Positions 9,322-17,163 of a DNA stretch of 32,000 nucleotides are shown here, one piece after another (position 1 is the first letter of the stretch; each line of letters starts with the position of its first letter). The translations under genes and the position numbers were made by a program. The stretch lies in the NCBI RefSeq assembly GCF_043950625.1, contig NZ_CP171007.1; one strand, 5' to 3'. The DNA is from Alkanindiges sp. WGS2144 (lineage in GTDB: Bacteria > Pseudomonadota > Gammaproteobacteria > Pseudomonadales > Moraxellaceae). The notes under the pieces were generated by a model that made no database searches, was not told the origin of the DNA, and saw only the letters and a program-made list of their open reading frames with translations.

Positions 9322-10341
9322 TCAGGAATCCTGATCCTGCTGGCCACGTCGCTGCTGAAACGGCGTGCTGCCTGTCCAGCGTTTATAAGCACGGGTAAAT
9401 GCACTCTGGTCAGAATACCCGATCAGTTGGGCAATATCACTCAAAGGCACCTGCTGATGCAAGTATTGTTTGCATAATTGCTGACGCACCTCATCCAATA
9501 ACTGCTGAAAGCTGACCTGGCGTTCGTTAAGGCGCCGCTGTAGCGTTCGGCTGCTTAGATGTAACTGCCCAGCCAGTTGTGCTAGCGTCGGCTCTCCCTG
9601 CTGACACAGCTGCACCAGATGACGCTGTACTTGTTGCAAGAAACTATCACTGTCTGGCAAATGCTGAAGCGCCTGCTCAGCCTGTTCCTGCAAAATATTC
9701 AATAAGGCCTTATCTGGCTTTTCTATTGGCACTTTTAGATTAGGAGCCGGAAAAGACATGATGTTCAAAGGCTGGTTAAAATGCACCGGACAGCCAAAAA
9801 ATTTTTCATAAGTCTCAAGCTGCCCTGTCAGCGGGTGGGCAAAATGAATATGGTTAAGCGGTAAATTTCGTCCGGTAAGTTGCACACTAAACCTACGCAT
9901 ATTCGCCATACCCAGCTCAAGCAAAATGCCATCACTGGAAGGCGGCGGCCACAATAGCTCAATATTGCCACCTGTCTGCTGAATGCTCATTTGATCAAGA
10001 TCATTAATAATCAGCCTGCCATAGCGCTTTAGCCGCAACAGTGCCTCGGCCAGGTTATCGCAGGCATGGAGCAAATAACCCAGCACCCCCAGATGCGCCG
10101 TACTGACATGCATGGCAATATCCAGCCCTACCTGTGGTCGATCAAGATAAATAGCCAGCTGCCGCAAGATTTTTTCAAACTGCAATGAGGGCACATGGCT
10201 CACCTGCTGTGAGGTACATGCAGCACTGATTAATGCCAGTTGCTCACTATCAAACACATCAGATAATGCAATTTGCTGGTGCTGCATAAATTGCACCATT
10301 AACTGCAACTGGGTAATACTAACAATGGAATTTGAACTCAT
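9322..10341 (-). CDS. AraC-family transcriptional regulator (N-terminal ligand-binding domain plus C-terminal double HTH)
   Basis: The C-terminus (LAQLAGQLHLSSRTLQRRL...IAQLIGYSDQSAFTRAYKRWTGSTP) is a typical AraC/XylS HTH. I chose the ATG at 10341 (MSSNSIV); the track start at 10377 is a TTG. The gene is divergent from the hydrolase gene at 10417. Confidence 0.85.
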   Translation of the reverse strand: MSSNSIVSITQLQLMVQFMQHQQIALSDVFDSEQLALISAACTSQQVSHVPSLQFEKILRQLAIYLDRPQVGLDIAMHVSTAHLGVLGYLLHACDNLAEALLRLKRYGRLIINDLDQMSIQQTGGNIELLWPPPSSDGILLELGMANMRRFSVQLTGRNLPLNHIHFAHPLTGQLETYEKFFGCPVHFNQPLNIMSFPAPNLKVPIEKPDKALLNILQEQAEQALQHLPDSDSFLQQVQRHLVQLCQQGEPTLAQLAGQLHLSSRTLQRRLNERQVSFQQLLDEVRQQLCKQYLHQQVPLSDIAQLIGYSDQSAFTRAYKRWTGSTPFQQRRGQQDQDS

Positions 10342-10416
10342 GGCGTGATTTGTATAAAAAATGGCGAAAGCTGTCAAAACTTTCTACCATAAAAAACCAA
10401 TACTGTATGCATCAAT

Positions 10417-11322
10417 ATGAAAAATGAGGTCATTCCGATGAATGCGCCATTAAATGCTCAGTATGCAGCCGACATACAGGTACGAAAAAATCTGGACTTT
10501 CAGCTTGAACAGCATATGCCCCGGTTCTGGTTTGGCGGGCACCCATTTAAGACTCGCGTGTTTGACGCCTTAAGTCTGACGTTTCCGGATGGCGAACGTT
10601 ATTTTATTAGTAGCATACGGATGTTTCGTGACCAGATTAGCGACCCTGATTTACAGGCACGAGTAAAAGATTTTATCCTGCAAGAAGCCCAGCACGGTAT
10701 TGCCCACGACAAAATGAATAAGCTCATGATTGAACAGGGTATGCCGGTACATGACATGCTTAAGCTTTTAAATGAACATTTTAATTTTGTATTAAAACAC
10801 CGCAGCCCGGAATACAACATTGCCATGACAGCGGCGGCTGAGCACTTAACGGCATTAATGGCTGAGTGTTTTTACTCCAAAAAAGAAACTCTGGCAGAAG
10901 TTGATCCCTATGTGCGTGCACTATTTGCCTGGCATGCCATTGAAGAAATGGAACATCGCGATGTGGCGTTTGACGTGATGAAAACCACTTCTGATACGTC
11001 CTATTTATTGCGGGCTTACGCACTGGCAATGACCAGTGTGTTGATGTTTGGTCTGACCTTATACCGCACTAACGTGATGCTAAAAGCGGATGGCTTTGGC
11101 CCATTAAAGCGTGCCAAACTGTTTGCTCAGGGTGTGCCCTGGCTCATTGGTAAAAAGGGCGTACTTAGCAGCATGAAAAAGCCATATCTAGACTGGTTCA
11201 AACCAGATTTTCATCCTAGTCAGCATCCGGTTCTGGCTCAATATCCAATCTGGGTAAAAACGCTCAAGGAAACTGGCGACCCCATTAAGGCTGGGCAGGC
11301 GCTATGGGAAGCTGGAAAATAA
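10417..11322 (+). CDS. Predicted metal-dependent hydrolase (PF10118-like)
   Basis: 301 aa. His/Glu-rich motifs (QEAQHGIAHDKMN and WHAIEEMEHRDVAFDV) and the N-terminal PRFWFGGHPFKTRVFDALS resemble this family. An alternative start is the ATG at 10438. Confidence 0.6.
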   Translation: MKNEVIPMNAPLNAQYAADIQVRKNLDFQLEQHMPRFWFGGHPFKTRVFDALSLTFPDGERYFISSIRMFRDQISDPDLQARVKDFILQEAQHGIAHDKMNKLMIEQGMPVHDMLKLLNEHFNFVLKHRSPEYNIAMTAAAEHLTALMAECFYSKKETLAEVDPYVRALFAWHAIEEMEHRDVAFDVMKTTSDTSYLLRAYALAMTSVLMFGLTLYRTNVMLKADGFGPLKRAKLFAQGVPWLIGKKGVLSSMKKPYLDWFKPDFHPSQHPVLAQYPIWVKTLKETGDPIKAGQALWEAGK

Positions 11323-11332
11323 TTAAACAGAG

Positions 11333-11362
11333 CAAGGACGGCACAAGTTGTCCTTGTTTTTC
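11333..11362 (+). terminator. Rho-independent terminator after the hydrolase gene
   Basis: Stem caaggac (11333-11339) pairs with gtccttg (11350-11356), followed by tttttctt. Confidence 0.7.
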
Positions 11363-11409
11363 TTATAAAAATATAACCATAACAAGCATTTTGAGAAATT
11401 AACCTATGA

Positions 11410-11557
11410 TACGTGAGCTGCCTACATGGCAGTTAACTGAATATGAGCTTAGTCAATGCTTTGGATTTATTTCTAAGCTGCCTACATGACAGTTAACTTT
11501 TCCGGCTGATAGGCTTTAATCACCCCATCTTTCTAAGCTGCCTACATGGCAGTTAAC
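11410..11557 (-). CRISPR. Isolated type I-F-like mini-CRISPR array: 3 repeats (28 nt) and 2 spacers (32 nt)
   Basis: The repeats lie at 11410-11437, 11470-11497 and 11530-11557, an exact 60-nt period. Read on the minus strand, the consensus is GTTAACTGCCATGTAGGCAGCTTAGAAA, with a CTGCC/GGCAG hairpin and a CTTAGAAA 3' end as in canonical I-F repeats. The leader-distal repeat (11410-11437) is degenerate in its last 7 nt. Spacers in crRNA sense are GATGGGGTGATTAAAGCCTATCAGCCGGAAAA and TAAATCCAAAGCATTGACTAAGCTCATATTCA. Confidence 0.9.
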
Positions 11558-11652
11558 GAGTTTTATCTATTTACCCAATCAAAAAATAGTTGTTTGTAAT
11601 CTATTAATTTTTATAAGCTTTTAAAGAACATAAAAAATATTGGTTAAAACGA
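11558..11652 (-). promoter_or_regulatory. Candidate AT-rich CRISPR leader
   Basis: This 95-bp A/T-rich tract lies between the DUF1543 stop and the intact first repeat. Its position and composition fit a leader. No promoter was mapped. Confidence 0.45.
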
Positions 11653-12147
11653 TCAGCCAATTACCAAATAAGTATTCTCAAACTCAACACCCAGATGGCT
11701 TCCCTCCACCAGATGCACATACTGTCCGGCCACCTGATCAACCAAAACACAGTCGTCCAGTTCAAATGCCGCATCAATGTGAGGCTTATACCAATCAGGA
11801 TCAAAGTGCTTTTTAGCCTTGGCACGGGCAGTTTTTAAATCCGGTGCAACCACTAAAAAATAACAGTGCGCCTCACCAAACACCTGTCGGATATAACCGC
11901 CCAGATTAATAAAATATAACCTGGGCGATCCTTTGGTGACAGGATGCCCTTTTAGTTGCACCCGATATTGCTCAATGCCGTCAATCGCCATCCATGCATC
12001 AACATGCAACCCCTTGGCACGGCCAAACCACTGCTCACGCAGTTGATCATGGGTAACCTCTAGCGAGTCACCACTGACAAACACCACATCATGTACTTCG
12101 ATATTGGCTGAATCGTGTTTACCACCTAGCATCACAGCATATAACAT
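11653..12147 (-). CDS. DUF1543 domain protein of unknown function
   Basis: MLYAVMLGGKHDSANIEVHDVVFVSGDSLEVTHDQLREQWFG... matches my recollection of the DUF1543 N-terminal signature. I chose the ATG at 12147, which has a GGAAGG Shine-Dalgarno, over the GTG at 12168. The start is 24 nt downstream of the trpB stop. Confidence 0.65.
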   Translation of the reverse strand: MLYAVMLGGKHDSANIEVHDVVFVSGDSLEVTHDQLREQWFGRAKGLHVDAWMAIDGIEQYRVQLKGHPVTKGSPRLYFINLGGYIRQVFGEAHCYFLVVAPDLKTARAKAKKHFDPDWYKPHIDAAFELDDCVLVDQVAGQYVHLVEGSHLGVEFENTYLVIG

Positions 12148-12171
12148 AGACCTTCCGCGCCACTTCACTGA

Positions 12172-13431
12172 TTAATTAATTTCAATGCCGTCCAGTTTGG
12201 CTACGGTCATCAAATCCTTATCACCGCGGCCAGATAAGCACACAATAATACTCTGCTCAGGGCTCATGGTTGGCGCCAACTTGGTCACATACGCCAGGGC
12301 ATGCGAGCTTTCCAGCGCTGGAATAATTCCTTCTATACGGGTCAGGTCACGAAACCCGCGTAAGGCTTCTTCATCATTGATAGGCATGTATTGCACGCGC
12401 TGCATGTCTTTTAGGAAACTATGTTCAGGCCCTACACCGGGGTAATCCAGACCCGCAGAAATACTATGCGTTTCAATAATCTGACCCTGGTCATCACTCA
12501 TCAAATAGGTGCGGTTGCCATGCAGTACGCCTACCCGACCGGCGTTTAATGGTGCTGAATGCTTGCCTGATTCAATCCCATAACCGGAGGCTTCAACACC
12601 ATACATTTTAACCCCTGCATCATTCAGGAAGGGATAAAACAGTCCCATAGCATTACTACCCCCGCCTACACACGCTACCAGCGCATTAGGCAGTTTGCCG
12701 GTCATATCCAGAATTTGCTGGCGGGCCTCGCGGCCAATAATAGATTGAAAGTCACGTACTAGCTGTGGATACGGATGCGGTCCTGCCACTGTACCAATCA
12801 CATAGTAGGTACTATCTACATTGGTTACCCAGTCACGCATGGCTTCATTCATGGCATCTTTTAAGGTCTTGGAGCCGCTGTTAACCGCCACCACCTTGGC
12901 TCCCAACAGGCGCATGCGGTATACATTCATGGCCTGACGCTTTACGTCTTCAGCGCCCATATAAATGACACACTCCAGCCCCAGTCGCGCTGCAATGGTT
13001 GCTGTTGCCACGCCATGCTGCCCGGCACCGGTTTCTGCAATAATGCGGTTTTTACCTGAAAGCTTAGCCAGCAGCGCCTGCCCGATGGTGTTATTGACCT
13101 TGTGGGCGCCGGTATGGTTTAAATCTTCACGCTTTAAATAGATCTGTGCACCGCCCAGTTCCTTAGTCCAGCGCGTGGCATGGTACAGCGGGCTTGGACG
13201 CCCCACATAATGCGCCATGTCATGGTCAAATTCACGCAGGAACTCTGGATCATCCTTCATTTTAAAATAAAGCTTTTCCAGATCCTGCAAGGCAGCCATG
13301 AGTGTTTCAGACACAAAACGGCCACCAAATTTGCCAAAATGACCACTTTGGTCGGGAAAATTAAAATAATTAACGCTGGGCACCTCTGTAGATGAATTGT
13401 CATTTACATCACGGTTTACATCATTAGCCAC
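12172..13431 (-). CDS. trpB: Tryptophan synthase beta chain
   Basis: 419 aa with the PLP-lysine motif HTGAHKVNN, plus GGGSNAMG and [14 protein letters not shown]. The GTG start at 13431 has an AAGGAG Shine-Dalgarno 6 nt upstream and overlaps the end of trpF by 8 nt. Confidence 0.95.
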   Translation of the reverse strand: MANDVNRDVNDNSSTEVPSVNYFNFPDQSGHFGKFGGRFVSETLMAALQDLEKLYFKMKDDPEFLREFDHDMAHYVGRPSPLYHATRWTKELGGAQIYLKREDLNHTGAHKVNNTIGQALLAKLSGKNRIIAETGAGQHGVATATIAARLGLECVIYMGAEDVKRQAMNVYRMRLLGAKVVAVNSGSKTLKDAMNEAMRDWVTNVDSTYYVIGTVAGPHPYPQLVRDFQSIIGREARQQILDMTGKLPNALVACVGGGSNAMGLFYPFLNDAGVKMYGVEASGYGIESGKHSAPLNAGRVGVLHGNRTYLMSDDQGQIIETHSISAGLDYPGVGPEHSFLKDMQRVQYMPINDEEALRGFRDLTRIEGIIPALESSHALAYVTKLAPTMSPEQSIIVCLSGRGDKDLMTVAKLDGIEIN

Positions 13432-14092
13432 GCTGGACTCCTTGCATAAATTTATAGATCAACTGCTGATCCTTAATACCTTTATCTTTACGATCAGTGC
13501 CTGTTTCTACCCCACCGCTGACGTCAACGGCATAAGGGCGGGTCTGGGCAATTGCATCTGTGACATTATCTGGGGTTAAACCACCTGCCAAAATAAGTGG
13601 AACGGATAGCTCCAGCTGTTGTGGCCAGCTATTCCAGTCAAAAGTCTGACCGGTGCCTCCCTTTAATTGTGGGTGCCAGGTATCCAGCAAAATGGCACTT
13701 GCCCCGGCCTCACGGTACTGCTCAATCAGCTCAGCGATGTTGGTATCCGGTTTGACTGCCAGTGCCTTGATCCAGCGACGGCGGGTTTGTCTGCCTATTG
13801 CCGCACATTGCTCAGGGCTTTCATCACCATGTAATTGCAATATATCCAGGGGCACCTCGGCCAGCACCTGTTTTATTTCATTAATATTGGCATTTACAAA
13901 TAGCCCTACCACCTGCACAAAAGCCGAAACAGCACCTGCCAGCTCTTGCGCCTGCCCAATGCTGACTGCACGCGGGCTGGGTTTATAAAACACCAGTCCA
14001 ATCGCGTCGGCACCACAGGAAACCGCACTTTGCACGTCCTGCACGCGGGTTAATCCGCAAATTTTTACCCGCACATGCGGCAGCTCATTCAT
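13424..14092 (-). CDS. trpF: N-(5'-phosphoribosyl)anthranilate isomerase
   Basis: 222 aa, beginning [33 protein letters not shown], with GGTGQTFDW and AVDVSGGVE. This is a typical TrpF and is coupled to trpB. Confidence 0.92.
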   Translation of the reverse strand: MNELPHVRVKICGLTRVQDVQSAVSCGADAIGLVFYKPSPRAVSIGQAQELAGAVSAFVQVVGLFVNANINEIKQVLAEVPLDILQLHGDESPEQCAAIGRQTRRRWIKALAVKPDTNIAELIEQYREAGASAILLDTWHPQLKGGTGQTFDWNSWPQQLELSVPLILAGGLTPDNVTDAIAQTRPYAVDVSGGVETGTDRKDKGIKDQQLIYKFMQGVQRG

Positions 14093-14339
14093 TTTACTTC
14101 AGTGCTCTGTACATATTAGATAGATTAAGCGCAGAAAATTGACCATAAGAACTAGCAGTACATTGTAAAGCAAAACGCTGCAAGAAAAACTCCCCACAGC
14201 TCACTAATCCCGTAAAACATCAACCCATGCTTGCCACAATGTTCTCACGACGCTTTGCAAGAAGCAGCCAAACTCAATGCCTTTCCTCCATAACGTAATA
14301 AATTGCAACAAAAACTTAACACTACTATACTGCGTCCGC

Positions 14340-14535
14340 TTTGGGTGCCTAAACAGGCGTTTGTTTTATTTTAAAAACAGATGGGAAGCTGGTGAGAATC
14401 CGGCACTGCCCCCGCAACAGTATGTGTTTGATATTCAATAAGCCAGCTTCTGGCAGCCACTGCTTAGCTTTAAGTGGGAAGGTCATTGAATCAGGTCATG
14501 GGACCCGGCACAAGTCTGGAGACCGACTCAAGGCT
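14340..14535 (+). promoter_or_regulatory. Cobalamin (B12) riboswitch in the btuB leader
   Basis: The core GGGAAgctGGTGagAAtCCggcaCtGccCCCGCaACaGTa (14383-14423) matches the conserved cobalamin-riboswitch core. A B12-box-like AGTCTGGAGACCGAC lies at 14513-14527. The element is immediately upstream of a btuB homolog. Boundaries are approximate. Confidence 0.85.
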
Positions 14536-14584
14536 TTTTATAACCCTAATGCATTCACGTGGGGTGAATGTCCTGGAGCACAGC

Positions 14585-16465
14585 ATGTCCCGTATTTTTA
14601 TGCCGTCTGTACTTACAACGGCCATATTATCTGTTTCAACTACATCGATTTCTACTGCTCATGCCGCTGATACACTTCCAGCCGCCAATCCGGCTCTGCC
14701 GACTATAGTGCTCACTGCTGGTAAAACGCCTGAGTCGATTGAGCAAGTACCTGCCCGGATTTCCGTGATTGATGAAAAAACCATCCAGCAATCACCTATT
14801 GCCGATTTAGGCCAGCTCTTGCAACGTGAAGCTGCCTTAAATGTGGTACAAAGCGGCGGAATTGGACAAATTACTTCTATTTTTACACGCGGTACTAATT
14901 CCAACCATACCCTGCTGCTAAAAGACGGTGTACGACTAAATACCGGCTCACAGCATGTGGCCAGTCTTCCTTTTCTGGATTTGACTGATATTAATCGCAT
15001 TGAAGTATTAAAAGGTCCGGCCTCCGTACAATATGGCTCAGATGCGGTTGGTGGTGTCGTGCAACTCATTACTGAACCACCTAAAAGCCAGCGTTTTTTC
15101 ACCACACTGGAAGCAGGTGATCAGCAAACCTATAAAACCATTTTAGGCGCTGATCTGGTTCAGGAGGATGCTTATTTACAGCTACGCGGACAGCGTCTGG
15201 AAAGTGATGGTTCACCTGTGACCAATGCCCCGGAAGCCAAAAATGCCGGCTTTGACCAAAAAGGCTATAGCGCAAAAGGTGGTATTGATAATGCCCAGTA
15301 TGCGCTAGGTGCTGAAATTTCAGAAAATAAAGGCACTAGCGATTACGATCTGTTCGGCGCACCAACTTCACAGGATTTCTTAAACCGGACATTAAATCTG
15401 ACAGGTCGTTACCAGCTCAATGAACAGTTGGCGGTTGCTGCCCGTTATTCCCGCTTTGAAGATCAGCTTACCCAAAATGACCTGACCTATCTGTATGACT
15501 ACAGCGACTGGCAAAATCCGGTATTGCTAGGTAGTGAGATTGACTATACCAATACAGACCGTCAGGAAGGTGACCTCAACCTGAAATGGGATTTTACTGC
15601 AAACCAGAATGTACTGGCTGGTGCAACCCTGCTGTCTACCAAAATTGATAGCCTGAGCTCAGGCACGCAGTATCGTAAAACACTAGACAGCTTTGGCTAC
15701 TATCTACAACACCAGTATCAGGCAGAAGGCGTTAGCACACAAGCTGGTATCCGTGTAGAAGACAGTGAGCAGTTTGGCACCCATACGGTTGGGCAACTGG
15801 CTGGTCGCTTACAGATTGCACCTCTGACCAGCATTTATGCCAATATAGGCACGGCCTTTAAAGCCCCATCAGGTAATGACTTATATGGCTATGGCGGTAA
15901 CACTGATCTAAAGCCGGAAGAAAGTGCTTCTTATGAACTTGGCCTTGACCATCAATTAACCAGCACGCTGAATGCTTATGCGTCAGTATACCGTACCAAT
16001 ATTAAAAACCTGATTAACCCTGACCCTGTCACCTATCAGATGGTCAATATTGACAAGGCCAGCTTAACAGGTGGCGAAGCTGGTTTAAAATGGCAGCAGG
16101 ATGCCTGGTTTGGCAGCGCAGAATATGCCTATGTCCAGCCTAAAGACAAGGCAACCAGGGAAGACTTGTCACGCCGTCCACGTCAGATTGCTACATTAAC
16201 GGGCGGCTGGGATAACACGGTTTATGGCCTAAGCGCCTCGCTGGTAGCCAAAAGCCGCTCCGACAATAGCGCTTATGATGATATAAAAATCCCTGGTTAT
16301 TTGAGTGCTAATGTGAATGCGTTCTGGCAGGTTGATCAGCACGTCAGACTATTTACCAACCTTAAGAATATTACTGACACCAAATATAAAACTGCCTATG
16401 GTTCAGGCGCTTATTATATTGCCTCTCCTCTTCTGGTTACTGCTGGTATTACCTTAAGCTATTAA
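14585..16465 (+). CDS. btuB: TonB-dependent vitamin B12 outer-membrane transporter
   Basis: From the ATG at 14585 (GGAG Shine-Dalgarno) the protein reads MSRIFMPSVLTTAILSVSTTSISTAHA, a signal peptide. A TonB-box-like PTIVLTA follows. The plug motifs GGIGQITSIFTRGTNSNHTLLLKDGVRLN and LKGPASVQYGSDAVGGVVQLIT closely parallel E. coli BtuB. The track start at 14474 would run through the riboswitch. Confidence 0.9.
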   Translation: MSRIFMPSVLTTAILSVSTTSISTAHAADTLPAANPALPTIVLTAGKTPESIEQVPARISVIDEKTIQQSPIADLGQLLQREAALNVVQSGGIGQITSIFTRGTNSNHTLLLKDGVRLNTGSQHVASLPFLDLTDINRIEVLKGPASVQYGSDAVGGVVQLITEPPKSQRFFTTLEAGDQQTYKTILGADLVQEDAYLQLRGQRLESDGSPVTNAPEAKNAGFDQKGYSAKGGIDNAQYALGAEISENKGTSDYDLFGAPTSQDFLNRTLNLTGRYQLNEQLAVAARYSRFEDQLTQNDLTYLYDYSDWQNPVLLGSEIDYTNTDRQEGDLNLKWDFTANQNVLAGATLLSTKIDSLSSGTQYRKTLDSFGYYLQHQYQAEGVSTQAGIRVEDSEQFGTHTVGQLAGRLQIAPLTSIYANIGTAFKAPSGNDLYGYGGNTDLKPEESASYELGLDHQLTSTLNAYASVYRTNIKNLINPDPVTYQMVNIDKASLTGGEAGLKWQQDAWFGSAEYAYVQPKDKATREDLSRRPRQIATLTGGWDNTVYGLSASLVAKSRSDNSAYDDIKIPGYLSANVNAFWQVDQHVRLFTNLKNITDTKYKTAYGSGAYYIASPLLVTAGITLSY

Positions 16466-16488
16466 TCACTTCACCCATACCGGACAAT

Positions 16489-16528
16489 AAAGCTTCTGTT
16501 TGATATGAAGGCAGAAGCTTTGTTTTTT
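16489..16528 (+). terminator. Rho-independent terminator after btuB
   Basis: Stem aaagcttctg (16489-16498) pairs with cagaagcttt (16512-16521), followed by tgttttttg. Confidence 0.8.
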
Positions 16529-16580
16529 GCGGTAGCATCAAATTAATGGCATCATTTTAAAAATTTTAGGGCAACCTGCT

Positions 16581-17150
16581 ATGGGACACCGTTTAAGTAA
16601 AATTTATACCAAAACCGGCGATGATGGCTCAACTGGCCTTGGCGATGGCTCTCGTGTGCCCAAGGATGACCTGCGTGTAGACGCTTACGGCACGGTGGAT
16701 GAGTTAAATAGTTTTGTTGGCGTGCTGCGTGCCCAGCTTAATGTGGCCAGCTCACCCTTGCCCCATCAACTAGATGGCAACCTGAGCCGTATCCAGCATG
16801 AGTTGTTTGATCTGGGCGGTGAATTATGCATTCCCAATTTTATTCTGGTTAAGGCCGCAAGTATTGACAGGCTGGAACAGGAAATTGACCAGATGAATGC
16901 CAGCCTGCCCATGCTCAAGGATTTTATTTTGCCAGCAGGTTCACTGGCTGTATCCTATAGCCATGCCGCACGCAGCATATGTCGCCGTGCCGAACGACAA
17001 GTGTTTAGCCTAAGCCAGCGTGACGATAATATCTCACCACTTGCCCTACAATATTTAAACCGCCTGTCAGACTGGCTGTTTGTGGCAGCACGGCATATCA
17101 GCCGTGAAGATGGAGGCACTGAAGTGCTATGGCAAAAATCAGCTGACTAA
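16581..17150 (+). CDS. PduO-type ATP:cob(I)alamin adenosyltransferase
   Basis: 189 aa. IYTKTGDDGSTGLGDGSRVPKDDLRVDAYGTVDELNSFVG is the hallmark N-terminus of the PduO/MMAB family. Confidence 0.9.
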   Translation: MGHRLSKIYTKTGDDGSTGLGDGSRVPKDDLRVDAYGTVDELNSFVGVLRAQLNVASSPLPHQLDGNLSRIQHELFDLGGELCIPNFILVKAASIDRLEQEIDQMNASLPMLKDFILPAGSLAVSYSHAARSICRRAERQVFSLSQRDDNISPLALQYLNRLSDWLFVAARHISREDGGTEVLWQKSAD

Positions 17151-17163
17151 CTTTTCTCAATGG

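Noticed and set aside
11410-11557. Alternative readings of the 60-nt periodic repeats: a REP/ERIC-type element, transposon terminal inverted repeats, or iterons.
   Set aside because: The exact 28+32 architecture, unrelated spacer sequences, close match to the I-F repeat consensus including its hairpin and handle, and a degenerate terminal repeat all fit CRISPR far better. No transposase or replication gene lies nearby.
8557-13988. Various antisense ORFs of 60-115 aa inside DUF2804, the hydrolase gene, trpB and trpF (for example 8557-8901, 10781-11029, 12185-12445 and 13653-13988).
   Set aside because: Each is nested opposite a gene with clear family motifs and has no recognisable motif of its own. 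This is the expected background for ORFs of this length.
14093-14340. I looked for a trp leader peptide or attenuator upstream of trpF on the minus strand.
   Set aside because: There is no short ORF with tandem Trp codons (no CCACCA on the plus strand), and no alternative hairpin with a T-run was evident. Regulation here is probably not by classical attenuation.
14392-14584. ORF 14392-14670 and the 37-codon N-terminal extension of btuB from 14474.
   Set aside because: Both lie across the cobalamin riboswitch. The ATG at 14585 has a GGAG Shine-Dalgarno and is followed directly by a signal peptide.
17080-17163. An extended start of the GDPD ORF that overlaps the adenosyltransferase gene by 71 nt.
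   Set aside because: The extension reads through the 3' end of the upstream gene in another frame. The GDPD homology begins at LIGHRG, just after the ATGs at 17164 and 17173.
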